Below are positions 52,024-61,974 of a stretch of DNA of 64,000 nt, piece by piece; position 1 is the stretch's first letter, and each line of letters begins with the position of its first letter. The position numbers and the translations under genes were made by a program. The notes under the pieces are model-generated. The model saw only the letters and a list, made by a program, of their open reading frames with translations. It was not told the DNA's origin and did no database searches. This stretch comes from an uncultured Gemmatimonadales bacterium (GTDB lineage Bacteria; Gemmatimonadota; Gemmatimonadetes; Gemmatimonadales; GWC2-71-9), in NCBI GenBank assembly GCA_963739455.1, contig CAVUAK010000001.1, positions 576,001 to 640,000 of the forward strand, written 5' to 3'.

Positions 52024-53622
52024 TCAGCCAGGCACCAGCACCCGATCCTCCTCGAAGATCTTCCGCGCAACCAGGAACCCCGGCACGCCACTCACGGCAC
52101 CGCCCCGCAATGCTGACGACCCGCAGCGATACACCCCGCGCATGTCGGTCTCCACACCCCAGGTGCCGTCCTCTTCCGGATTGTCGGTGAAGAACCAGCT
52201 CAGGGAGTTGTGGAAGATGTTGCCCAGGTCGAGGTCGAGTTCCTGCTCGAGGTCTTGGGGCGACTTGATCTCGATGCAGAGCCCGCCCTTGCTGTCGCGC
52301 GCCAGGCAGTCCTCGAACGGCTCCGCCGTGATCCGGTTGATTGCCGCGAGGTAACGGCCCTGCATCTCGGCCTTCCGCTCGTCGTTGTCCTTCGTGAAGA
52401 GCCGGTACGGTGCATCGAGCCCGAAGAGCGTCAGCGTCTGGTAGCCATCGGCCCGGAGCGCCGGCGACAGGATGGAATCATCCGTCAGCGTGTGGCAGTA
52501 CGTCTCGAACGGCGGCAAGTCCGGCAGTGCGCCGCCCTCCGCCTGGCGGTAGCTGGTCTCCATCGCCGCGTAGCCCTCGTCGACATGGAACGATCCCGCA
52601 AACGCCTCCGACGGCGTGACGCCCTGCGCCCTGAGCCGGGGCAGGCGCCGCAACAGCATGTTGACCTTCATCACCGAGCCCTCGTCGGTGGCAATGGGTG
52701 CATAATGGCGCCCGAACAGCCTGGCAAAGGTGCGCGGTCCGGCATTCACCAGCACGCGGTCGGCGTCTACCGTCTCTTCGTGCCCGCCTTGCTCGAACAC
52801 CACGGCATGGCGCTTCCCGAGGTCGTGCACGCCCAGCACCGGACTGTTTTTCTCGATCCGCGCGTGACCATCGGTCGCCCGCTTGACCAGGCCGTCCACG
52901 AGCGTGCGCATGCCTCCAACGGGCACCCTCCACTCCCCAGTGCCCTGACCGATTATGTGATAGAGGAAGCACCGGTTCTGGATAAGCGAAGGATCGTGTG
53001 CGTTGCCGAAGACACCGATCTTGCCATCGGTGAAGAGGAGCCCGCGCAGCACGTCATCCTGCACATGGCGCTCGATGGCCTCGCCCAGCGGGCGCTCCAC
53101 GAAGCTCTCCCACGCCTCGCGCTCGATCGCACTCGCCGTAAACCGGTCCGCCCAGTAGCTGCGCGAGCGAATTGGCTGGAGCAGGCTGGGCCAGGCCTGC
53201 GCGGCCATGGCGCCCTCCAGGCGGAGCAGCGCCTGGTAGCCGTCCCAGGCGCGGTCGCCACCCGTGAGTTCACGCACCGATGCCCTCGACCGGGCCTCGT
53301 CGACATTCGAGATGAGGAGCCCGCGCGGCGCGCCATCCCGCTCGTACGCGGTGAACGAGGCGATGGAGCGACGGCGGGTCTCGAACTGAACACCCAGCTC
53401 GTCGAGGATGACCGGCGGAAGCATGCTGATGAGGTAGGCGTACCTCGACAGGTACGCGTCATAGTCAGGGAATACGCGCTGCGAGGCCGTGGCACCGCCG
53501 ATCCAGTCGTTCCGCTCCAGCACCAGCACCGACTGCCCTGCGTTGGCCAGGTATGCGGCGGCCACGAGCCCGTTGTGCCCGCTGCCCACGATCACCGCGT
53601 CATACCGGGTGGCGAATGCCAT
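52024..53622 (-). CDS. phytoene dehydrogenase-like FAD-dependent oxidoreductase
   Basis: VIVGSGHNGLVAAAYLA, GGM, SPQDLE....GNIFH, GGAVSGVPG. Confidence 0.85.
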   Translation of the reverse strand: MAFATRYDAVIVGSGHNGLVAAAYLANAGQSVLVLERNDWIGGATASQRVFPDYDAYLSRYAYLISMLPPVILDELGVQFETRRRSIASFTAYERDGAPRGLLISNVDEARSRASVRELTGGDRAWDGYQALLRLEGAMAAQAWPSLLQPIRSRSYWADRFTASAIEREAWESFVERPLGEAIERHVQDDVLRGLLFTDGKIGVFGNAHDPSLIQNRCFLYHIIGQGTGEWRVPVGGMRTLVDGLVKRATDGHARIEKNSPVLGVHDLGKRHAVVFEQGGHEETVDADRVLVNAGPRTFARLFGRHYAPIATDEGSVMKVNMLLRRLPRLRAQGVTPSEAFAGSFHVDEGYAAMETSYRQAEGGALPDLPPFETYCHTLTDDSILSPALRADGYQTLTLFGLDAPYRLFTKDNDERKAEMQGRYLAAINRITAEPFEDCLARDSKGGLCIEIKSPQDLEQELDLDLGNIFHNSLSWFFTDNPEEDGTWGVETDMRGVYRCGSSALRGGAVSGVPGFLVARKIFEEDRVLVPG

Positions 53623-53865
53623 GCTTGCCTCGAACTGGAACGGGACGTTGCGCGGAGTGCGCGCCTGCCGGAATATACGGCTGGGGTGGGACCGACCTGC
53701 ACTTGCGATTGGCGCCGCCAGCCGCTGGATCGCCACACCGCGACACGGCGGCGGCCCACCCGGGTATCATTCCGTGCAGGGACCCCAGCGCTTTCCAGAC
53801 AGCAAGCAGTGGACAGACCGGCATTTAGCCGGTACGGACCGGAGGCCGGTCCGGAGGCGTGCAGG

Positions 53866-53881
53866 TGGCACCCGAGTTGCT
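53866..53881 (+). promoter_or_regulatory. sigma54 -24/-12 promoter upstream of the GNAT gene
   Basis: TGGCACCCGAGTTGCT matches TGGCAC-N5-TTGCW; about 50 nt before the ATG. Confidence 0.65.
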
Positions 53882-53930
53882 GCCTCCAAGCGCACCGGCC
53901 TGTCGGAGGCCGACCCGAGGGAGGAAGACG

Positions 53931-54356
53931 ATGCCCGAGGTCAAGATCAGCACGATGGATCAGGACGAGGACTTTGCCGCGTGGCTCACGGAGTTGCTGG
54001 AGCGTGAGGCGGAGGAGGCCGGCCTGCCCACCGGGTTCGAGGATCGATACATCGGCCTGACCGACGCGATTGGCGACTGGATCGGCGGGCTCCGCTACTA
54101 CGTGCGTGGCGGCGTCGCCCACCTGCTCGACCTGGTGGTGGCCGAGCCGTACCGCAAGCAGGGTCACGCCCATCGCCTGCTGGCGGCATACGAGGAACGT
54201 GCTGCCACCGAGGGCGCACACCTGGCGGAATTCTGGACCGACGACGATCGCGCCGAGGGCTTGCTTGGCGCGCTCGGCTGGAGCGTCGTCGTGCGTCGCA
54301 CGCGCTACATGAACGAGGGCTCATGGACGTTGCTGGAGAAGCGCCTGCCGGAGTGA
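53931..54356 (+). CDS. GNAT family N-acetyltransferase
   Basis: LVVAEPYRKQGHAHRLL motif A; GGAGG RBS. Confidence 0.8.
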   Translation: MPEVKISTMDQDEDFAAWLTELLEREAEEAGLPTGFEDRYIGLTDAIGDWIGGLRYYVRGGVAHLLDLVVAEPYRKQGHAHRLLAAYEERAATEGAHLAEFWTDDDRAEGLLGALGWSVVVRRTRYMNEGSWTLLEKRLPE

Positions 54357-54414
54357 GCCGCTATATTTCCGCGCTGGGATGTGACCTCCGTATCAATACT
54401 TATTCGAAGGTGAC

Positions 54415-55389
54415 ATGAGTCTCTCCGACCAGGCGCGCGAACTCCTTTCGAAGTTCGAAGTCCTGAAGGATCTCGAGTCTACTGTACGCGAAATGATGGC
54501 GACGCACGAGCGCAAGCGCGTGCTGTGGATGCCATCGGACCTGCTCGGCCTCGCCGAGGGCGACTGCAGCGAGACGCACCTGCGGAACCTGCGCGCGCGC
54601 GCGGCAGGCATTCCCGATGCGGTGCGCGCCGCGCTCGCCGTCAATACGCTCACCGAAGAGGGCCTGCCCCACTTCCACCGCCTGCTCGCCGTCTACCTGG
54701 ACGATGACAGCTACTGGCGGCTGTGGAACAATCTCTGGACGGCCGAGGAAGACCGGCACGGTCAGGTACTGCACGACTACACCCGTGACACGCAGATCTT
54801 CGACCAGCGCAAGTTCGAGGAGATGCAGTTCGAGTACATCCGGGCCGGGTTCCATCCCTCGTGGGACCGCGATCCCTATCGCGTCTTTGCCTACACCACC
54901 GTGCAGGAGCGCGCGACGCAGCACTCCCACGCCGAGACTGGGCGGGTTGCCGGCGAGTATGAGCCGGGCCTCGCGGCCATCCTCGCCGAGGTGGCGCAGG
55001 ATGAGGCGCGCCACTTCGTGTTCTACCGGTCCGTCTTCGAGGAGATCCTGAAGCGCGACCCGAACCAGGCGCTCGAGTCGGCATCGCACATCCTGCCGGG
55101 CATCGAAATGCCGGGCGCGTCGATGCCCGGCTTCCGCGACTACGCTGACGTCATCCGCCGCGCCGGTATCTACGGCCCGCGCGACTACCTGCGCATCGTG
55201 CAGGAGCAGATCCGCTACTGGCGCATCGAGAGCCTGACCGGGCTGAACGACCTTGGCAGGAAGGCGCAGGAAAGCATCATGCTTGTTCCCGATCGATTGC
55301 GGCGGCTGGCCGACCTGGTCGAGACGAGAAGCCGTGCCAAGACGTTCAGCTTCGATGTCGCGTTCAATCGCGAGTTCTCACTGCCGTGA
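54415..55389 (+). CDS. soluble di-iron acyl-ACP desaturase (DesA-like)
   Basis: TEEGLPHF, WTAEEDRH, QERAT..SH, DEARH, MPG. Confidence 0.88.
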   Translation: MSLSDQARELLSKFEVLKDLESTVREMMATHERKRVLWMPSDLLGLAEGDCSETHLRNLRARAAGIPDAVRAALAVNTLTEEGLPHFHRLLAVYLDDDSYWRLWNNLWTAEEDRHGQVLHDYTRDTQIFDQRKFEEMQFEYIRAGFHPSWDRDPYRVFAYTTVQERATQHSHAETGRVAGEYEPGLAAILAEVAQDEARHFVFYRSVFEEILKRDPNQALESASHILPGIEMPGASMPGFRDYADVIRRAGIYGPRDYLRIVQEQIRYWRIESLTGLNDLGRKAQESIMLVPDRLRRLADLVETRSRAKTFSFDVAFNREFSLP

Positions 55390-55820
55390 GCCCGCGGTGG
55401 TTCGCCAGCCTCCTCGTCGTCATCACGTTGGGAGGCTGCAGCAAGAAGGAACCACCAAAGCCACCGGTCAGCGAGGGAATCGCGGTGGCTGGCGCCCCAG
55501 CCGACGCCCAGCAGCTCGGCACCGAAATGTTCGAGCTGATCGACCGGATCGCTGACTATCGCTCGTCCCATGAGGGAAAGCCCCCCAAGTCGCTGCGCCA
55601 GCTCGGTGTCGACAGCCTCACCACCAATACCATCCGTCGCCTCGCCATTCAGGGTCGCACCTTCACCGTGACCATCGTGTACCGGCGCCCCGAGGGCCGC
55701 ACGGTTCAGAATTGCAGCGCCGGTGAGGACGCACTCGAGCAGGCCGCACTCAACGAGGGGCGCTTCGCGGTGTCGTGCGAGACGCCATCGGGTCCGCAGG
55801 GTTTCGAGGTCGTTCGCTGA
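55386..55820 (+). CDS. hypothetical lipoprotein
   Basis: Lipobox LGGC; overlaps both neighbours. Confidence 0.65.
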   Translation: MSPRWFASLLVVITLGGCSKKEPPKPPVSEGIAVAGAPADAQQLGTEMFELIDRIADYRSSHEGKPPKSLRQLGVDSLTTNTIRRLAIQGRTFTVTIVYRRPEGRTVQNCSAGEDALEQAALNEGRFAVSCETPSGPQGFEVVR

Positions 55821-56395
55821 TGGAGACGCTGTTCTACGCGCTCCGGATGGGAGTCTTCGGGGCCGCTGCCCTGAGCGGCGTGGTGGCGGTGACCAACTGG
55901 GCGGTGTCGCGGGGCTACCTGCAGCCCTTCGGTGCCTGGCCGCGGTTCGTGCGTCGCACGAGCGATCCGCTTCTGCGACCGATCGAGCGCAAGCTCCTTG
56001 GGGCAGGCGGCAATCCGCAGACGGCCCCGTGGTGGCTCTTCTGCATCGTACTGTTCGGCGGGCTCGCCCTCCTCGCGCTGGTGAACTGGCTGGTGGGAAT
56101 GGTCATCAACCTGGCATACCTGGGCCAGGCCGGGCCGGCCGGCATCGTAAGGCAGCTTGTGAGCTGGACCTTCCAGCTGCTCATGGCCGCGCTGTTCGTC
56201 CGGGTCATTGCCTCGTGGCTCGGGGGACTGCGCTACGCGCGGTGGCTGCGGCCGGTGTATGCCCTCACCGACTGGCTGGTGATCCCGATCCAGCGCCACA
56301 TGCCGCCGTTCGGCATGCTCGACTTGAGCCCGCTTGTCGCCTACCTCGTGCTCATGGTCCTGCGGTGGGCCGCCTTCCAGGTCCTTCCTTACTGA
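55820..56395 (+). CDS. yggT: YggT family membrane protein
   Basis: Two YGGT-like repeats (SDPLLRPIER; TDWLVIPIQR..PPFGMLDLSPLVA). Confidence 0.85.
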   Translation: METLFYALRMGVFGAAALSGVVAVTNWAVSRGYLQPFGAWPRFVRRTSDPLLRPIERKLLGAGGNPQTAPWWLFCIVLFGGLALLALVNWLVGMVINLAYLGQAGPAGIVRQLVSWTFQLLMAALFVRVIASWLGGLRYARWLRPVYALTDWLVIPIQRHMPPFGMLDLSPLVAYLVLMVLRWAAFQVLPY

Positions 56396-56552
56396 CTTCG
56401 TGTCGGTTGACAGCATCAGGAGAACGGAAGTGTCGGCCCTCGGCATCAGCCCCGCGGAGGCAGCGCATCGGCTTCGCATTGAGGGGTAACACTTTACAGG
56501 AGGCCCAAAAGGCCCGATACTTGCCGGAGTAGGGAGCGGTACCCAATTGATG

Positions 56553-56604
56553 TCCGTGGCAATTTGTGCCTATTGCGGCCACGTAAAACAATCGCTAAAA
56601 CGGC
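56553..56604 (+). ncRNA. SAM-II (SAM_alpha-like) riboswitch
   Basis: CGUGGC-AAUUUG-UGCCUAUUGC-GGCCACG-UAAAACAAUC-GCUAAAACGGC: P1 CGUGGC/GCCACG, UUU loop, UUGC...GCUAAA pseudoknot, GCC/GGC pairing; upstream of metF. Confidence 0.85.
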
Positions 56605-56652
56605 ACCCCCCGGGGGCCGTTCAGGCTCACGGGATTTTTCGTTGGGGTCAGC

Positions 56653-57516
56653 ATGAGCTTGCAGGTGTCGTTCGAGTTCTTCCCGCCCAGGACTCCCGAG
56701 ATGGAGGAGACGCTGTGGCGCGCGATCAAGCGACTCGAGCCGCTCGCTCCACGCTTCGTGTCCGTCACCTATGGTGCCGGTGGAAGTACGCGTGAGCGAA
56801 CTCACCGCACGGTCAAGCGGATCCTGGCCGAGACGGCGCTGCTGCCCGCGGCCCACCTTACGTGCGTGGCCGCGACCCGCACCGAAGTGGACGCGGTGGC
56901 GCGCGAGTACTGGGATGCCGGCGTGCGGCAGGTCGTGGCGCTCCGGGGCGACCCGCCGAGGGAGACGGGACAGCATGTGCCCAATCCCGATGGCTACGCC
57001 TACGCCGCCGACCTCATCGGCGGGCTCAAGCGGATCGCCGACTTCGAGATCACGGTGGCGGCGTTCCCCGAGGGTCATCCCGAGTCCACGTCGGTGTATG
57101 CCGACCTCGACAACCTGAAGCGGAAGATCGACGCCGGTGCGTCGCGCGCCATCACCCAGTTCTTCTTCGAGAACGACATCTACTTTCGCTACCTCGAGCG
57201 ATGTCACAAGGCCGGCATCACCTGCGAGATCGTGCCCGGCATCATGCCGGTGACGAACTTCAAGCAGATGACCGGCTTCGCCGCCTCGGCCGGTGCGAGC
57301 GTGCCGCGCTGGATGGCCACCCGGTTCGAGGGACTGGACGACGACCCCGAGACGCGAAAGCTGATCGCCGCGACGGTGGTCGCCGAGCAGGTCCAGGGAC
57401 TCGCGGCGCAGGGCGTGCGCGAGTTCCACTTCTACACGCTGAACCGCGCCGACCTCACCTTCGCGATCTGTCACCTGCTCGGCCTCAGGGCGCAACCGGT
57501 GGCGGCACCGACATGA
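56653..57516 (+). CDS. metF: 5,10-methylenetetrahydrofolate reductase
   Basis: SFEFFPP, SVTYGAGG, AHLTC, ALRGDPP, ITQFFF, HFYTLNR. Confidence 0.96.
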   Translation: MSLQVSFEFFPPRTPEMEETLWRAIKRLEPLAPRFVSVTYGAGGSTRERTHRTVKRILAETALLPAAHLTCVAATRTEVDAVAREYWDAGVRQVVALRGDPPRETGQHVPNPDGYAYAADLIGGLKRIADFEITVAAFPEGHPESTSVYADLDNLKRKIDAGASRAITQFFFENDIYFRYLERCHKAGITCEIVPGIMPVTNFKQMTGFAASAGASVPRWMATRFEGLDDDPETRKLIAATVVAEQVQGLAAQGVREFHFYTLNRADLTFAICHLLGLRAQPVAAPT

Positions 57517-60500
57517 GTGCCACCTGCGAGACCCATGCGCATGCGGGCGCCCGCCCGGTGCCGGTGTGGGCGGCCGACCGCCGCGCACGGTCCGACCCCC
57601 TGGACACGTGCCAGCCGCCTCGCGGCCCTGGAAGCGTTGCTGCTGCAGCGCATCCTGGTCATCGATGGCGCCATGGGCACGATGATCCAGGCGTACCTGC
57701 TGCAGGAAGCCGACTTCCGTGGCGAGCGGTTCGCGAACTGGCACAAGGACCTCCGTGGCAACAACGACGTCCTCGCGCTGACGCGGCCCGACATCATCCA
57801 GGACCTGCACGCCGCCTATCTCGAGGCCGGCGCGGACATCCTGGAGACCAACACCTTCACGACCAACGCCATCGCGATGGCGGACTACGGGATGGAGTCG
57901 CTGGCGCGGGAGCAGAACGTGACCGCGGCGCGTCTCGCGCGCAGCGTCGCGGATGCCTTCGAGGCGGCCCGGCCCGACCGGCCGCGCTACGTGGCGGGCG
58001 TCCTGGGCCCAACCAATCGCGCTGCCTCGATGTCGCCCGACGTCAACGATCCCGGCTTCCGCGCCGTCACCTTCGACGAGCTCGTTGCCGCGTACACGGA
58101 GGCGGCAGAAGGGCTGATCGAGGGCGGCGCCGACCTGCTCATGATCGAGACCATCTTCGACACGCTCAACGCGAAGGCCGCCATCTTCGCCATCGAGGGC
58201 GTGTTCGAGCGCCTCGGTGAGCGGCTGCCGGTGATGATCTCCGGCACGATCACCGACCAGAGCGGGCGCACCCTGTCGGGCCAGACCACCGAGGCGTTCT
58301 GGAACTCGATGGCGCACGCGCGCCCACTGTCCATCGGGCTCAACTGCGCACTGGGTGCCAAGGACCTGCGCCCTTACGTGCAGGAGCTGTCGCGCATCGC
58401 GCCGGTGTTCGTGAGCACGCACCCCAATGCCGGCCTGCCGGATGAATTCGGCGCCTACGTCGAGGGGCCGGAGTACATGGCAGGCATGCTGGGCGAGTTC
58501 GCCCGGGCCGGTCTGCTCAACTTCGCGGGCGGGTGCTGCGGCACCACGCCGGCCCACATCCGCGCCATTGCGGAGGCAGTGCAGGGCGTCCCGCCCCGCG
58601 CGCTCCCGACCGTGCCATCGCGGCTGCGCCTCAGTGGCCTCGAGCCGCTCACCTGCGGCGCCGAGACCGGCTTCGTCAACGTGGGCGAGCGGTGCAACGT
58701 CACCGGCTCGAAGCAGTTCGCGAAGCTCATCCTGAACAACCAGTACGAGGCGGCACTGGAGGTGGCGCGGCAGCAGGTCGAGAACGGGGCGCAGATGCTC
58801 GACGTGAACATGGATGAGGCGATGCTCGACTCGCAGCACGCCATGACCACGTTCCTCAACTTGTGCGCGTCGGAGCCGGCGATCAGTCGCGTGCCGATCA
58901 TGATCGACTCGTCCAAGTGGTCGGTCATCGAGGCGGGGCTCAAGTGCATCCAGGGCAAGGGCATCGTGAACTCGGTGAGCCTCAAGGAGGGCGAGGCCGA
59001 GTTCCTGCGGCAGGCCACGCTGGTGCACCGCTACGGCGCGGCAGTCATCGTCATGGCCTTCGACGAACAGGGCCAGGCCGACACCATCGAGCGACGCGTC
59101 GGCATCGCGGAGCGCGCCGTCCGGCTGCTGGTGGACCGGGTGGGATTTGCGCCCGAGGACATCGTGATCGACCCGAACATCTTCGCGATCGCGACCGGCA
59201 TCGAGCAGCACGACAACTACGCGGTGGATTACTTCGAGGCGACGCGGCGCATCAAGGCGGCCTTGCCGACGGTGAGCATCAGCGGCGGCCTCAGCAACGT
59301 CTCGTTCTCCTTCCGGGGCAACAACCCGCTGCGCGAGGCGATCCACACCGTGTTCCTGTACCACGCCATCCAGGCGGGCATGGACATGGGGATCGTGAAC
59401 GCCGGGGCGCTGCCGATCTACAGCGACATCCCGAAGGACGTCCTCGATCGGGTGGAGGACGTGGTGCTCAACCGGCGGCCCGACGGCACCGAGCGACTGC
59501 TCGCCATCGCCGACTCGGTGAAGGGCCAGGTGGCGGCGAGGCAGGACGACCTCGCGTGGCGCAGCCTCCCGGTGGGCGAGCGCCTTGCCCATGCGCTGGT
59601 GGAGGGCAACGCCGACTTCATCGTGGAGGACACGGAGGAGGCGCGGCTCACGGTCACCCGGCCGATCGAGGTCATCGAGGGGCCGCTGATGAACGGCATG
59701 AACACTGTCGGCGACCTGTTCGGTGCCGGCAAGATGTTCCTGCCGCAGGTCGTGAAGAGTGCGCGGGTCATGAAGAAGTCGGTGGCGCACCTCATTCCGT
59801 TCATCGAGGCCGAGAAGCAGGCCGGCGACTCGCGGGCGAAGGGCCGGGTGCTGCTCGCCACCGTGAAGGGCGACGTACACGACATCGGCAAGAACATCGT
59901 GGGCGTCGTGCTGCAGTGCAATAACTTCGAGGTGATAGACCTCGGCGTGATGGTGTCGTGCGCGAAGATCCTCGAGACGGCCCGCGCCGAGGGCGTGGAC
60001 CTCATCGGCTTGAGCGGGCTCATCACGCCGTCGCTCGAGGAGATGAGCTTCGTGGCGAGCGAGATGGAGCGCGAGGGATTCACCATGCCGCTCCTCATCG
60101 GCGGTGCCACCACGTCGCGCACGCATACGGCGGTCAAGATCGCGCCGAAGTACAGTGGCCCGGTGGTGCATGTCCTCGATGCGTCGCGCGCGGTGGGTGT
60201 CGCGGGCAGCCTCGTCAGCGAGGGCCTGCGGGAGAACTACGTCCGGCAGGTCGCCGCCGACTATGAAGCAGTGCGTGTGGCTCGCGCCGGTCGTGGCCAG
60301 GCGGAGGAGCGGGCGCCCATCGCAGAGGCGCGGGCCAACCGCGTGCCGATCGACTGGTCCGGCGTCACGCCGCCCCGGCCGACGTTTACCGGCGCGCGGA
60401 TCCTGGAGCGGTACCCGCTCGCCGAGCTGGTTGAGCGGATCGACTGGACACCGTTCTTCCAGACGTGGGAACTGGCGGGACACTTCCCGGCAATCCTCAC

Positions 60501-61299
60501 CGATCCCCGGGTCGGGCCTACGGCATCAAGCCTCTATCTCGATGCCCGTGCCCTGCTCGACCGCATCGTGCGGGAGGACCTGCTCGAGGCGCGAGCGGTG
60601 TTCGGGTTCTGGCCCGCCAACAGCGTGGGCGACGACCTTGAGTTCTACAATGACGAAAGCCGGCGAGAGACGCGCGCGGTGATTCACACGCTGCGGCAGC
60701 AGATGAAGAAGCAGCCGGGCCGCCCCAACATCGCACTGGCCGACTACACCGCCCCGCGGGACAGTGGCGTGACGGACTTCGTGGGTGCATTCGCCGTTAC
60801 CACCGGTATCGGGCTGGAGAAGCTCACTGCCGCGTTCGAGGCGGAGCATGATGACTACAGCAGCATCCTCGCCAAGGCACTGGCGGACCGGCTCGCCGAG
60901 GCATTCGCCGAGCGGCTGCATGAACGTGTCCGTCGTGAGTTCTGGGGCTACGCGCCTGGCGAGCAGCTGGACAATGACGGGCTGATCAAGGAGATGTACC
61001 AGGGGATCCGCCCGGCGCCGGGATATCCGGCCTGCCCGGACCACACCGAGAAGGGGACGCTGTTCGAGCTGCTCGATGCAACGGCGAAGACCGGCATTTC
61101 ACTGACGGAGAGCTTTGCGATGCTGCCGACCGCCGCGGTGAGCGGCTTTTACTTCTGGCATCCCGACGCGCGCTACTTCGGACTGGGAAAGATCGGGCGG
61201 GACCAGGTCGAGGATTACGCGCAGCGGAAGGGGATGACCACCGCGCTCGCCGAGCGCTGGCTGGCGCCCAACCTGGGGTACGAGCCGCGCGCATCATAG
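57517..61299 (+). CDS. metH: cobalamin-dependent methionine synthase (true start may be ATG 57513 with an early frameshift)
   Basis: [39 protein letters not shown]. Confidence 0.96.
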   Translation: MPPARPMRMRAPARCRCGRPTAAHGPTPWTRASRLAALEALLLQRILVIDGAMGTMIQAYLLQEADFRGERFANWHKDLRGNNDVLALTRPDIIQDLHAAYLEAGADILETNTFTTNAIAMADYGMESLAREQNVTAARLARSVADAFEAARPDRPRYVAGVLGPTNRAASMSPDVNDPGFRAVTFDELVAAYTEAAEGLIEGGADLLMIETIFDTLNAKAAIFAIEGVFERLGERLPVMISGTITDQSGRTLSGQTTEAFWNSMAHARPLSIGLNCALGAKDLRPYVQELSRIAPVFVSTHPNAGLPDEFGAYVEGPEYMAGMLGEFARAGLLNFAGGCCGTTPAHIRAIAEAVQGVPPRALPTVPSRLRLSGLEPLTCGAETGFVNVGERCNVTGSKQFAKLILNNQYEAALEVARQQVENGAQMLDVNMDEAMLDSQHAMTTFLNLCASEPAISRVPIMIDSSKWSVIEAGLKCIQGKGIVNSVSLKEGEAEFLRQATLVHRYGAAVIVMAFDEQGQADTIERRVGIAERAVRLLVDRVGFAPEDIVIDPNIFAIATGIEQHDNYAVDYFEATRRIKAALPTVSISGGLSNVSFSFRGNNPLREAIHTVFLYHAIQAGMDMGIVNAGALPIYSDIPKDVLDRVEDVVLNRRPDGTERLLAIADSVKGQVAARQDDLAWRSLPVGERLAHALVEGNADFIVEDTEEARLTVTRPIEVIEGPLMNGMNTVGDLFGAGKMFLPQVVKSARVMKKSVAHLIPFIEAEKQAGDSRAKGRVLLATVKGDVHDIGKNIVGVVLQCNNFEVIDLGVMVSCAKILETARAEGVDLIGLSGLITPSLEEMSFVASEMEREGFTMPLLIGGATTSRTHTAVKIAPKYSGPVVHVLDASRAVGVAGSLVSEGLRENYVRQVAADYEAVRVARAGRGQAEERAPIAEARANRVPIDWSGVTPPRPTFTGARILERYPLAELVERIDWTPFFQTWELAGHFPAILTDPRVGPTASSLYLDARALLDRIVREDLLEARAVFGFWPANSVGDDLEFYNDESRRETRAVIHTLRQQMKKQPGRPNIALADYTAPRDSGVTDFVGAFAVTTGIGLEKLTAAFEAEHDDYSSILAKALADRLAEAFAERLHERVRREFWGYAPGEQLDNDGLIKEMYQGIRPAPGYPACPDHTEKGTLFELLDATAKTGISLTESFAMLPTAAVSGFYFWHPDARYFGLGKIGRDQVEDYAQRKGMTTALAERWLAPNLGYEPRAS

Positions 61300-61428
61300 G
61301 CCCTCCGGCCTGCAATTGACCGGCCTGCGGGCGGGTCGTACGTTGGCGAAGCGCGGGTGCATGACCGCTGCAGGAAGTACGACCCCGATAGGCCCGCGCT
61401 TCCCGCTGGAGATCGCTGGAGGCCATCG

Positions 61429-61854
61429 ATGCGCCATTCGCTGCTCGCCGCCACCGCCCTGATGCTCGGATCCATCACCACCAGCGGCTGTTATCACGCC
61501 ACCGTAATCTCCGGCGCTACACCGTCGACCGAGGTGGTGGAACAGAAATGGGCCCACTCGTTCCTCTGGGGCATCGTCCCGCCAGCCACCGTTGACGCAG
61601 CGGCCAAGTGCCCGAACGGCCTCGCCAAGGTCGAGACGCAGCACTCCTTCCTGAACGGCCTGGTGGCCGTCGTGACCTTCGGCATCTACACACCCATCCA
61701 GATCACCGCGACCTGTGCCGCGAAGGGCGCAGCGCTTGGCGAGGGAGTTCCGACCGTAGTCGGGCTGGCAGGCGCAGATGCCGATGCGCTGGCCGAGGCG
61801 GCCCGGATGGCGATGCTCGTGAAGGGGCCGGTCCTGGTCCAGTTTCACGAGTAA
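61429..61854 (+). CDS. Bor/Iss-like lipoprotein
   Basis: Lipobox TSGC; HSFLWG, VDAAAKC, AKVETQHSFLNGL...TFGIYTP..TC. Confidence 0.75.
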   Translation: MRHSLLAATALMLGSITTSGCYHATVISGATPSTEVVEQKWAHSFLWGIVPPATVDAAAKCPNGLAKVETQHSFLNGLVAVVTFGIYTPIQITATCAAKGAALGEGVPTVVGLAGADADALAEAARMAMLVKGPVLVQFHE

Positions 61855-61876
61855 CTGACCCGGCCGGCGGCAAGCG

Positions 61877-61906
61877 AGCGGCGAACCCCCGTGGTTCGCC
61901 GCTTTG
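61877..61906 (+). terminator. hairpin after the Bor-like gene
   Basis: agcggcgaacc-cccgt-ggttcgccgct followed by tt. Confidence 0.5.
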
Positions 61907-61974
61907 CCGTTGTTGCGCTGTCCCTCTCCCGGCTAGCTTCCCGGCACATTGCTTGCCCTTTTCAGGACGACGCC

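Noticed and set aside
52024..53622. Carotenoid biosynthesis gene crtI
   Set aside because: Only family-level similarity, with no crtB or crtE neighbours.
53760..53930. Guanidine riboswitch before the GNAT gene
   Set aside because: Hairpin loops are AGG or ATTTA rather than ACGR, and there is no terminator-type platform.
56494..60483. 1329-aa minus-strand ORF and other long antisense ORFs (e.g. 28899-31226, 52210-54060, 61933-63699, 226-1278)
   Set aside because: Shadow frames opposite well-supported genes, expected from high-GC codon bias; no motifs of their own.
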